The translations under genes and the position numbers were made by a program. DNA of 64,000 bases from Elusimicrobiota bacterium (GTDB taxonomy: Bacteria; Elusimicrobiota; Endomicrobiia; Endomicrobiales; JBDRNC01): contig JBDRNC010000038.1 of assembly GCA_043811535.1 (NCBI GenBank), positions 45,050 through 109,049 on the forward strand. The letters are read 5' to 3'. Within the stretch, counting starts at the first letter, position 1. Each line of letters opens with the position of its first letter. Of this stretch, positions 17,551 through 26,649 are shown in pieces. The notes under the pieces were generated by a model. It worked only from the letters and a program-made list of their open reading frames with translations, had not been told where the DNA came from and did no database searches.

Positions 17551-19638
17551 ATGAAAAATTGTATTTTGTGCCTGCTGGTTCCATGTATGCTCGTTTCAAG
17601 TATTGCTGTTGCGGCAATCAAGCAGGAGCTGTCGCAGGATGATCAGGCATATCTCCTAGGTATCGCTAAAGATACCTGGGCTTCCATCGATTACCTTGTG
17701 GAACCGAAAACAGGTTTACCCTATGACATATCAAGGAAAAAACCCACATATACCTCGGTAAGCAACATAGGCATTTATCTGGCCGCGGTTTCAATCGCTG
17801 TGGAAATGAATTTCATCAACAGAAATGACGCGGTGCAGAGGGTTTCCAAGGCACTTGACAGCGTGGAAAAATTTCCCGTTTGGAACGGTTTCACCCAAAG
17901 CTGGCATGACGTTTTAACCCTTCAGCCAAACACGGAAGACACCTGGATATCGATACTTGATTCCGGTAATCTTGCCGCCGGCTTCATCGTTGCCCGCCAG
18001 GAATTCCCCGAGCTGAAAAACAGGATAAGCAAGCTTCTCGAAGCTATGGACTGGTCCAAGGTATACAACGCCAAGAGACAGCTGATGATCGGCGGTTACG
18101 ACATGAAAGCGGGCAAGCTGAACAATAACTGGTTGCTGAACGTGATGGGGACGGATGCCCGCGCCGCGTTCATTACCGCGATCGGTTCCGGCAAGGTTCC
18201 GCCGGAGATGTGGAAAAAGATCTCAAAGGGGATGGAAATAAAGTACGGAGTCAAATATTACAAGCCGGGATGGATGGGCGGCGGGCTGTTCATGCAGTTG
18301 ATAGACTCGTGTTTCTTTGATATGCGCTATACAGAGCTGTGGAAATCAGCCGCAGCGTTTACTTATGCCCAGATGTTCCATGCCAAGGTCATCAATTCGC
18401 CGATCTGGGGCTGGTCGGCCAGCGATTCGCCGAACGAAGGATACCTCGGTATCAACAGACTGCGTGATTATGTAGCGACCCCGCATGCCTCAGTGCTTCC
18501 CATATCTATTTTTCCGGAAGAATCCGTTGCGAACCTGAAAAAACTTGAAGAACTCGGCGCCAGGCAGGAATACGAAGCTGACGGAAAGAAGTATGCTTTT
18601 GGTTTCAGGGATTCTATAGATTTCGTTAAAGGGCAGCCGACAAATACTTATTTGATACTCGATCAGGGTATGCTGTTTCTGAGCCTGTGCAATTACTTGA
18701 GCGGCGGCAAGATATGGGAACTGAGCAACCGCGACCCCATAATCAAGAACGCAAGAAAATTAATCCCCGATTTACGGCCAAACAAAAAGGATTATGAGGA
18801 ATTCATTTCGAAACTTTATTCAAAGAATATGTATGTTTCCTGTAAATCAGTATACTCAAATATGGAATACAGGGCGGGAGATACGGTGAAGTGCGATATA
18901 TCGGTCATATGCGACGACCCTGATGTGTCAGGTGAATATAACGTAATGTGGAGGCTATTCTACAAAAAAACAGGGGAGAAACTGAAAAGCGGTTCAAAAA
19001 CGATAAATATATCGAAGGGCACGAGACAGACAGTTGAAAGCTTTGAGATAACGGTTGACGAGGGGGAGTATTTGCTTCAGGCGGTTATCAGGGGGAAGGA
19101 CGGCTCCGAGCCGGCCAGAGACAAATATGAATTTCGCGTGTCATATTATCTTGAGCTGGCGGGGAAATGTTTTTTTAAGACAGGCGATGACATGGCATGG
19201 GCGAAATTCAAGTATGACGACGGCGAATGGGCTAAAATAGATGTTCCCGCAAGATGGGATGACCAGGGATACCCGAGCAAAGACAATAGTTATCAATGGT
19301 ATAGAATTCACGCGTATATACCCGCTGAAGCAAAAGACCGGTGGAATGAGAGCGAGGTGTATTTTACCGCGGGAGGCATTGATGACGGCGAACAGGTCTA
19401 TTACAACGGGGAGCTGATCGGCTCCACGGCATTCCCTCCGAATTTCAAGGAGGGATTCTGGGACAAGGAAAGGAACTACAAGATACCGGCGAAACTCATA
19501 AAATACGGCGGCGATAATGTAATTGCTGTCCGCGCGTACAACTACATAAGAGAAGGCGGGATATGGAAAGGGCCCGTCAGAATAATACATAAACAACTGG
19601 CAGGCAGTTCGGTAAGTTTTGCGGCGCCTTCCTGGTAG
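17551..19638 (+). CDS. Secreted glycoamylase-domain (GH144-like) hydrolase, paralogue of 8739-10814
   Basis: Colinear and highly similar along full length (TSVSNIG, WISILDSGNL, GTDARAA, FWDKERNYKIP). Confidence 0.75.
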   Translation: MKNCILCLLVPCMLVSSIAVAAIKQELSQDDQAYLLGIAKDTWASIDYLVEPKTGLPYDISRKKPTYTSVSNIGIYLAAVSIAVEMNFINRNDAVQRVSKALDSVEKFPVWNGFTQSWHDVLTLQPNTEDTWISILDSGNLAAGFIVARQEFPELKNRISKLLEAMDWSKVYNAKRQLMIGGYDMKAGKLNNNWLLNVMGTDARAAFITAIGSGKVPPEMWKKISKGMEIKYGVKYYKPGWMGGGLFMQLIDSCFFDMRYTELWKSAAAFTYAQMFHAKVINSPIWGWSASDSPNEGYLGINRLRDYVATPHASVLPISIFPEESVANLKKLEELGARQEYEADGKKYAFGFRDSIDFVKGQPTNTYLILDQGMLFLSLCNYLSGGKIWELSNRDPIIKNARKLIPDLRPNKKDYEEFISKLYSKNMYVSCKSVYSNMEYRAGDTVKCDISVICDDPDVSGEYNVMWRLFYKKTGEKLKSGSKTINISKGTRQTVESFEITVDEGEYLLQAVIRGKDGSEPARDKYEFRVSYYLELAGKCFFKTGDDMAWAKFKYDDGEWAKIDVPARWDDQGYPSKDNSYQWYRIHAYIPAEAKDRWNESEVYFTAGGIDDGEQVYYNGELIGSTAFPPNFKEGFWDKERNYKIPAKLIKYGGDNVIAVRAYNYIREGGIWKGPVRIIHKQLAGSSVSFAAPSW

Positions 19639-19665
19639 ATTACCGGCTTTTCCTATGCTTAATGG

Positions 19666-21369
19666 ATGCAATTAATGAATTCATGCTTGAGATTTGCGGC
19701 AGTTATCATATCCTTGTTGGCCTTTTCGGCGGCTTCCGCCGCGGATCTGAACTGGGATAATCCGGCGCTGTGGGACACATCCGGCGAGATTGACGGTGTA
19801 AGCAGAATATCTTTGTCTCAGTTCAAAGAGAACGGGACGGAGGGCATCCGTGTTGATTATGAACTCCTTAAAGAGGAATACGGGTGGGTGGTAATGAGAC
19901 TATCGCCTCCCGGAAAATGGGACCCGGGGGTGCCATTTGTTTTCAGCATAAAAGCCGATGCTTCTTGCGTGCTGGAAATAAAAATGATAGACAAAAGCGG
20001 CGCGAATTATGTTAAAAGGATACCGATAAAAGATAAGTATCGGGAATGGACGGAAGTGGTCGTCTATTTTGATAATCTTGAATACGGGTGGGGCGGCGAC
20101 GGAAAGTTCGTGAATTTAAAATATTTCGCGTTTGCCTTTTCCGGGCCGCCCGACAACGGGACTGTGTGGTTGAGCGGGGTAAAATATGGAAAAAAGGGAA
20201 TAAAATCGTCCTTCGGGTCGCGCGGCGGGATGATACCGGATCCGAACAGAAACCTGCCCGGATACGGCTTCAACCAGAGGCAGGACAGGAGACTTGCGCC
20301 GCAAAACCTGCGCGTGCTCGGGTGGCTGAAAAGGGTCCAGGATAAGGGCACGCCGGATAAAAAGTTGATACCTTCGGCCGACATAGAGGACACACAGATA
20401 CAGACGTTCAATAACGCGCTCGTCGCGATGGCGTTTATCGTAGAAGGAGAACAGGAACGAGCCGAAAGAATACTCGATTTTTTCGCGAACGCGACAAAAC
20501 CGGATAACGACGACCCGACGTTGCAAAACTTCTTTTATAAGGGAGAAGCGCGCGGATTTTTTCAGCAGGTCGTTGAAAACGCGGGAACATACCATGATGA
20601 CGAAAACATTTCGAACCGGTGGATGGGCGATAATGCATGGCTGCTGATCGCCTACAGGTATTATGACAAAGAATACAATAATCATAGATACGACAAGATA
20701 GAGAAACTACTGAAGGAACTTCTGATATTCTGGTACAAACCCGCCAAGGTAGGCGGTTATATACAGCACGGTTGGAGGAGCGGCGACAGCAAACTGCATG
20801 AGGATTACGGACATGCGGAAGGCAATCTTGACGCATATGCGGCTCTGCGCCTTTGCGGAGAGAAAAAGATTTCAAAGAAGATTAGGAAGTGGCTTGACAA
20901 CGAACTTGGCAGCAGAACCGGCCTTCCGCTTGACAACTATACCTGGCGCGTGCTTGCAAAGGGCAGGAACTACGGTTACCTGTTGAACTATGTCGACCAT
21001 GATTTGCGATATCTTAAAACCATAGACCATTATGGGAATAAGGTTAAAGGCGTATGGCACAAGCCCGACGACACCGTGAATAATGTATGGGTTGACGGAG
21101 TCGGCCAGCTCGCCTGCGCGTTCTTTGTGTCCGGGGACTGGAAAAAGGGGAATTTCTACGCCAACCAGATGGACGATTACCTGATCGATAGGGGTATTGA
21201 CGATAAAGTGTATAAGGCGCTGCCATACACCCTTAACAAACAGGGGGGTATAGACTGGGTAATACTCGACCGCGGCTTTGCTTCATGCGCGGCCTGGTAC
21301 ATCTTCGCAAAGAACAGGTTCAACCCGATGCGGCTGAATTACTATTATTACGATAATCATGCGTGGTGA
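19666..21369 (+). CDS. Secreted CBM-like domain plus putative (alpha/alpha)6 glycoside hydrolase
   Basis: N-terminal domain shared with the 39409 protein; RWMGDNAW, HAEGNLDAYAA, ASCAAWYIFA helical-barrel motifs. Confidence 0.55.
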   Translation: MQLMNSCLRFAAVIISLLAFSAASAADLNWDNPALWDTSGEIDGVSRISLSQFKENGTEGIRVDYELLKEEYGWVVMRLSPPGKWDPGVPFVFSIKADASCVLEIKMIDKSGANYVKRIPIKDKYREWTEVVVYFDNLEYGWGGDGKFVNLKYFAFAFSGPPDNGTVWLSGVKYGKKGIKSSFGSRGGMIPDPNRNLPGYGFNQRQDRRLAPQNLRVLGWLKRVQDKGTPDKKLIPSADIEDTQIQTFNNALVAMAFIVEGEQERAERILDFFANATKPDNDDPTLQNFFYKGEARGFFQQVVENAGTYHDDENISNRWMGDNAWLLIAYRYYDKEYNNHRYDKIEKLLKELLIFWYKPAKVGGYIQHGWRSGDSKLHEDYGHAEGNLDAYAALRLCGEKKISKKIRKWLDNELGSRTGLPLDNYTWRVLAKGRNYGYLLNYVDHDLRYLKTIDHYGNKVKGVWHKPDDTVNNVWVDGVGQLACAFFVSGDWKKGNFYANQMDDYLIDRGIDDKVYKALPYTLNKQGGIDWVILDRGFASCAAWYIFAKNRFNPMRLNYYYYDNHAW

Positions 21370-22474
21370 ATCTGCAATAAGCACTGCTTTACGGGGCACC
21401 GGTTTAAAAGCAGTTGTCTGCATCCTTTTCTTTTCCTCCCTGATAAATTCCTTTTCAATATTGCGCGCGGATGATGATGAGGTTGTTACGATGGCTGCTT
21501 CAAGCGGATTTCAATCTGCGGGGCTTGCGATTGACGGGAAAATGAGCAGCCGCTGGGAGGCCCGGGATGAAGCCGACAACGTCTGGATAATGTTCGGGTT
21601 CAGGCATCCCAGAAAGATCAAAGATTTGATCATCTTTTGGGATAAAGGATCGGCCAAAATATACGATATTGAGATCTCCTCAAACGGAAGTGTTTGGACC
21701 CGGGCCGCTGAAATAAAAAATGGCATGAGCGTGGAATCTAAATACATTGTCCTGACCGGCGCAAAAGATGTAAAGAAAATCCGGATTAATTGCACAAAAA
21801 AAGTTTCTAAGCGTAATTATTCAATACGGGAAATCATATTCAATCCCAAGGCCATTGACGGCTTGTTGCCGGGGGTGGTAAACAGGAAGGTGAAATGCAA
21901 AGACGCACCGGACCAATCCTACGCGCTTTACTTGCCGAGTTGTTATGATCCGGCGAAAAAATCATGGCCCGTAGTTTATGGATTTTCACCGGATGCGATG
22001 GGGGAAGATCCCGTCAAATTGCTTAAAGATTCAGCTGAAAAACACGGTTTTATCATCATAGGCTCAAATAATGCGAAAAATGGTCCGTGGGAAGATGTAA
22101 AGAGGGCGATCCGCGCAGTGGTCAAAGACAGCAAAAAAAGATTCAATATTAACGAGACAGGATGTTATACCTGCGGTTTCTCTGGCGGCGCCAGAATGAG
22201 TTTTTTAATGTCGGCAATGTACCGCTCAATGATTGCCGGCGTTATCCCGTGCTGCGCGGGCTTCGATGACAAGGATTATACTCCGGAGCCGAATATGCGC
22301 ATATACGGGTTGAGCGGGAAAAAAGATTTTAATAACGGTGAAATGCAAAAAGCGCTGCATTCTCTCGGGTGGCCGAATAATGATAAGATACAATTTGTTC
22401 AATTCAACGGCGGACATGAATGGCCTTCCAAGAAATCCTTGGAAAGCGCAATGGACTGGATGTTCGCGAAATGA
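21359..22474 (+). CDS. F5/8 type C domain plus alpha/beta-hydrolase (esterase)
   Basis: AIDGKMSSRW; GFSGGA nucleophile elbow; GGHEWP. Confidence 0.75.
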   Translation: MRGESAISTALRGTGLKAVVCILFFSSLINSFSILRADDDEVVTMAASSGFQSAGLAIDGKMSSRWEARDEADNVWIMFGFRHPRKIKDLIIFWDKGSAKIYDIEISSNGSVWTRAAEIKNGMSVESKYIVLTGAKDVKKIRINCTKKVSKRNYSIREIIFNPKAIDGLLPGVVNRKVKCKDAPDQSYALYLPSCYDPAKKSWPVVYGFSPDAMGEDPVKLLKDSAEKHGFIIIGSNNAKNGPWEDVKRAIRAVVKDSKKRFNINETGCYTCGFSGGARMSFLMSAMYRSMIAGVIPCCAGFDDKDYTPEPNMRIYGLSGKKDFNNGEMQKALHSLGWPNNDKIQFVQFNGGHEWPSKKSLESAMDWMFAK

Positions 22475-22537
22475 CTGCGCATGGGGGAAAAGGAGTGGTG
22501 TGCTCCGCTTGGAAATCGTACCAGCCAAAGTAACAGT

Positions 22538-22769
22538 AAAATGCTATAATGTTTTTAGGTTTCCGTCGAGACCCTCCTACGCTGGACATATCGCAAATAG
22601 TCACAACTATTCGTTGTATTTGTGATATAGCTTCGGAAGGGCAGGCAGGTTCGAATGGCGTTTACCAGGGGACCCTTCATCTCAAGTGTTGAAAAATCAA
22701 TCAGTATTTGCGATTTGACATAGACCCCTAAGGGGACATTCGAACCTCATCCATAAGGATGGGGTTTTT
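22538..22769 (+). repeat. Cassette-boundary repeat, copy 5 (type B) with nested hairpin insert at 22572-22645
   Basis: Left arm 22648-22665; GACCCCTAAGGGGACATTCGAACC; terminator hairpin with T-run. Confidence 0.92.
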
Positions 22770-22890
22770 CTCCGCCTTCACACATCGTATCTTCAATAAA
22801 CGCAGCTATTCGCTGCATTGTAGATACAGTTACGGCGGATTTCATGAAAGAATAGAATCAACAAACTTTAATCATGAGTGGAATTCAATA

Positions 22891-22919
22891 TTGACAATCG
22901 TCTAATAATCGTCTATAAT
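22891..22919 (+). promoter_or_regulatory. Consensus sigma70 promoter with direct repeats, upstream of Fic gene
   Basis: TTGACA-17-TATAAT; AATCGTCTA repeated at 11-bp spacing. Confidence 0.75.
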
Positions 22920-23022
22920 ATGTCTAATCCCGCAAAGGGCTGCGGGAGGTCGCATTACGAGCGTTGGCGAAGTCCCGTGAATTGGGATTTAACCCCCTAT
23001 AGGGGATTCCCGAAGAGCTCCT

Positions 23023-24069
23023 CTGAAAAATAACCCGTTTAAACCGCGCTATACTATAACCCCGAGACTACTTGACCTGATCAAACAAATCTCTGTACAG
23101 GTATCTGCGCTGAATGCCCGGCGTTTTCCGAAAGTCGTTCTTGCTGAATATGAACGCCACGCCAGGGAGATGTCGTCATATTCCTCTACAAGCATAGAAG
23201 GCAACCCACTTCCTCTTGCCGAAGTGAAAAAGATTCTCAAGAACCATCCAAATCACATATCTGACAGCCAGAAAGAGGTATTGAATTATAATAAAGCGCT
23301 TTTGTGGCTTAACAGTCAGATTGGCGAGAATAAAGGCGTAAAATTCGATGAGAAACTAATTCTTCTAATTCATCAATGCGTGATGAAAGGATTGCTTATA
23401 AATGCGAAATGCGGGTCTTTTAGGAAAGAACCGGTATTCGTCAATGATTCCGCGCAGCGCAAAACCGTTTATTGGGCCCCTGACCACCAGGTTGTTCAAG
23501 GATTGATTAACGAACTGATATATTTTATAAAGAATAATCTGAAGGACATGGATCCGGTAATACTTTCCGGAATATTACATAAACAGTTTATCATAATACA
23601 TCCTTTCATTGACGGCAACGGCAGGACCGTACGCCTTTTAACAAAAGTACTTCTGGCAGGTATGGGGCTGGATACCTTTAATTTGTTCAGCTTCGAGAAT
23701 TATTATAACCGAAACGTTAGTAAGTACTTTGATAATGTGGGTGTGCGCGGTAATTATTATGATCTTGCCGGGAGTGTAGAATTTACTCCATGGCTTGAAT
23801 ATTTTGCGGAAGGTATACTTGACGAACTGTTCAGGGTCTCCAAGGAACTTGAAAAGGCCGTTGTAGACCCATCTACTGAACTGAAGGATCATCACAGGAA
23901 AATAATCGAGTATATAGAGAAAAATGGGTATATTTCAGACAGGGAATATTCAAAGATGACGGTCCGTGCGAAACCCACGAGAGCTCTGGATTTTGGAAAG
24001 TTGATAGAATTAGGACTGATAGAAAGAAAGGGGAAAGGGAAAGCCACTTTTTATAAGTTGAAGAAATGA
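23023..24069 (+). CDS. Fic-family protein with C-terminal winged helix (start uncertain)
   Basis: HPFIDGNGRTVR; inhibitory STSIEGN motif; frame is open upstream of ATG 23170 through FKPRYTITP to a CTG at 23023. Confidence 0.85.
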   Translation: MKNNPFKPRYTITPRLLDLIKQISVQVSALNARRFPKVVLAEYERHAREMSSYSSTSIEGNPLPLAEVKKILKNHPNHISDSQKEVLNYNKALLWLNSQIGENKGVKFDEKLILLIHQCVMKGLLINAKCGSFRKEPVFVNDSAQRKTVYWAPDHQVVQGLINELIYFIKNNLKDMDPVILSGILHKQFIIIHPFIDGNGRTVRLLTKVLLAGMGLDTFNLFSFENYYNRNVSKYFDNVGVRGNYYDLAGSVEFTPWLEYFAEGILDELFRVSKELEKAVVDPSTELKDHHRKIIEYIEKNGYISDREYSKMTVRAKPTRALDFGKLIELGLIERKGKGKATFYKLKK

Positions 24070-24071
24070 CC

Positions 24072-24106
24072 AAAAATGCTATAATGGATTCAGGTTTCCG
24101 TCGAGA
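24072..24106 (+). repeat. Cassette-boundary repeat, copy 6 (truncated)
   Basis: AAAAATGCTATAATGGATTCAGGTTTCCGTCGAGA, similarity stops abruptly. Confidence 0.85.
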
Positions 24107-24142
24107 AAAGTATATATTCCTCATTTTCAGGAGAAAGATCCA

Positions 24143-26056
24143 GTGGACAACTCTGTCAAATCAATGTCAATGATGGGAGAGCATGACGAGTACCTTTTCA
24201 AGGAAGGAAGCCATTTCAGGTTATATAACATCCTGGGGTCTCATATACGCGAATTAGACGGTGTGAAGGGCGTGTATTTTGCTGTCTGGGCGCCTAACGC
24301 TGAAAAAGTCAGCGTTATCGGGGATTTCAACAGCTGGAAAAAGGAATCGCATCCGCTCGGCATGCGATGGGACGGGTCAGGGGTATGGGAGGGTTTCATA
24401 CCGGGCTTGCAGCGGGGATGTATCTACAAGTATTTCATAACTTCCAGGATAAATAATTACAAAGTTGAAAAGGCAGATCCCGTGGCATTCCACTATGAGA
24501 CGCCGAAGAAGACCGGGTCGATAGTATGGGACCTGGATTACAAATGGGCTGACGGCGAGTGGATGAAAAGCAGGGGCGCGAAGAACAAAGTGGACGCTCC
24601 TTATTCCGTCTATGAGGTGCATCTCGGCTCATGGCGAAAGGTGCCGGAAGAGGGAAACAGGTTCCTGAATTACCGGGAAACCGCGCATCACCTGACCGAG
24701 TACTGCAAGGAGATGGGCTACACTCACGTGGAATTCCTGCCCGTAATGGAGCATCCGTTCTACGGTTCGTGGGGCTATCAGACTGTCGGGTATTTCGCGC
24801 CTACCAGCAGGTACGGGACTCCGCAGGACTTCATGTACCTTGTTGACCATATGCACAAAAACGGGATAGGGGTCATACTTGACTGGGTGCCGTCGCATTT
24901 TCCCACAGACGTTCACGGGCTTTCGTTCTTTGACGGCACCAAGCTTTTCGAGCACGAGGACATGAGGCAGGGTTTTCATCCGGATTGGAAGAGCAGTATT
25001 TTCAATTGCGGGAGGAATGAGGTCAAGAACTTCCTGATATCCAGCGCGCTTTTCTGGCTGGACAAGTACCATATAGACGGTTTGAGGGTTGACGCGGTCG
25101 CTTCGATGCTATATCTCGATTATTCAAGAAAGCAGGGGGAATGGATCCCCAATAAATACGGCGGAAGGGAAAACATTGAGGCCATCGAGTTCCTCCAGCG
25201 TTTTAACCACGTGGTTTTTGAGAATTATCCTGACGCGCAGACAATGGCAGAGGAGTCAACCGCCTGGCCGATGGTTTCCAAGCCGACGTACATGGGCGGG
25301 CTCGGGTTCGGCATGAAATGGAACATGGGCTGGATGAACGACATGCTTAAATACTTCGCCGTTGACCCGGTATTCAGGAAATACCACCACGGGCAGATAA
25401 CATTCAGCATGCTTTACGCTTTTTCCGAGAACTTTGTCCTTCCATTCTCGCATGACGAGGTGTGCCAGGGCAAGGGATCCCTTGTCGGCAAGATGCCGGG
25501 CGACGAATGGCAGAGGTTTGCCAACCTTAGGGTCCTGCTGGGGTACATGTTCGGCCATCCAGGGAAGAAGCTGCTTTTCATGGGATGCGAGATCGGGCAG
25601 GTAAGGGAGTGGAACCATGACGAGAGCCTGGAGTGGCACGTGCTCCGGTTCCCATTACATGCCGGCATGAGGAAATGGGTCAGAGACCTTAATCACATGT
25701 ACAGGTCCGAGCCGGCTCTTTACGAGATTGACTCGTCCTGGGACGGCTTTGAATGGATAGATTTCAACGACAGCGACCAGAGCATGATCTGTTTCTTGAG
25801 GAAATCCAGGAACGGCCGCGGTAATGTGCTTTGCGTATATAACTTCACGCCCGTGCTCAGGCAGAACTACAGGGTAGGCGTGCCCAGCGGCGGATTCTGG
25901 AAGGAACTGCTCAACAGCGACGCGCGCGAATACGGCGGTGAACAGAGGGGCAATCTCGGCGGTTTCCATGCCGAAGGTATCGCTTCGCACGGAAGGCAGT
26001 ATTCATTGAATCTTACTGTCCCGCCTCTTGGGGCAGTCTTCATGAAGAGCGAATAA
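24143..26056 (+). CDS. glgB: 1,4-alpha-glucan branching enzyme (GH13)
   Basis: FAVWAPNA, YEVHLGSW, DWVPSHF, GLRVDAVASM, AEEST, SHDEV. Confidence 0.97.
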   Translation: MDNSVKSMSMMGEHDEYLFKEGSHFRLYNILGSHIRELDGVKGVYFAVWAPNAEKVSVIGDFNSWKKESHPLGMRWDGSGVWEGFIPGLQRGCIYKYFITSRINNYKVEKADPVAFHYETPKKTGSIVWDLDYKWADGEWMKSRGAKNKVDAPYSVYEVHLGSWRKVPEEGNRFLNYRETAHHLTEYCKEMGYTHVEFLPVMEHPFYGSWGYQTVGYFAPTSRYGTPQDFMYLVDHMHKNGIGVILDWVPSHFPTDVHGLSFFDGTKLFEHEDMRQGFHPDWKSSIFNCGRNEVKNFLISSALFWLDKYHIDGLRVDAVASMLYLDYSRKQGEWIPNKYGGRENIEAIEFLQRFNHVVFENYPDAQTMAEESTAWPMVSKPTYMGGLGFGMKWNMGWMNDMLKYFAVDPVFRKYHHGQITFSMLYAFSENFVLPFSHDEVCQGKGSLVGKMPGDEWQRFANLRVLLGYMFGHPGKKLLFMGCEIGQVREWNHDESLEWHVLRFPLHAGMRKWVRDLNHMYRSEPALYEIDSSWDGFEWIDFNDSDQSMICFLRKSRNGRGNVLCVYNFTPVLRQNYRVGVPSGGFWKELLNSDAREYGGEQRGNLGGFHAEGIASHGRQYSLNLTVPPLGAVFMKSE

Positions 26057-26076
26057 ATCAATACAGGAGAAATTCT

Positions 26077-26403
26077 ATGAGAAGATATTCAGCAGCAATG
26101 GTTGTTAGCATCTTTGCGGTTTTGTTAATCTCCGGATGCGCGACGATAGGCCGGAATTTTGAAGTATCTCAGGTTAAAAATATACAGCTTGGGAAAACGA
26201 CGCAGAACGAAATCCTGTCGATGTTTGGAACCCCGTGGCGCACCGGAATTGAAGACGGGAAACAGACGTGGACATACGGAAGATACCATTACGGCGTATT
26301 CAGCGAAACGGCAGCAAAGGACCTTGTGATCCGCTACGATGATCTGGGGATAGTCGTTTCATACACCTACAATACCACTGATATCGCTGAAGACCGGCAA
26401 TAG
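26077..26403 (+). CDS. SmpA/OmlA (BamE-like) lipoprotein
   Basis: Lipobox ISGC; IQLGKTTQNEILSMFGTP; WTY. Confidence 0.7.
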   Translation: MRRYSAAMVVSIFAVLLISGCATIGRNFEVSQVKNIQLGKTTQNEILSMFGTPWRTGIEDGKQTWTYGRYHYGVFSETAAKDLVIRYDDLGIVVSYTYNTTDIAEDRQ

Positions 26404-26415
26404 CGGTCTCGGCTC

Positions 26416-26448
26416 GCCTTTCGAACCGTTAGATAAACCGAGCGGTTT
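26416..26448 (+). repeat. Degenerate type A right arm and terminator of the boundary repeat
   Basis: CGCCTTTCGAACCG...GAGCGGTTT resembles CGCCATTCGAACCG...GAGCGGTTT. Confidence 0.55.
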
Positions 26449-26649
26449 ATTATTTAATTCAGATGACCTTAGAAAGTCTATTTAATAAAATTAATGCCTG
26501 CTTGAAAGATCCTGTCGATAAGGTTCTTTCAGGTTCTATTCTTGGTACGACAAACCCTGAAATCATAGCCGATAAAAAAGGAAAGGCCTGTATATACCGG
26601 TTTAGGCCAAAATCAGGGATTGGATGGCCGTGAGTAAAAAAGGAATACA

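Noticed and set aside
5072..24106. Boundary repeats as a CRISPR array
   Set aside because: Spacing is kilobases and irregular, whole genes lie between copies, and there are no cas genes.
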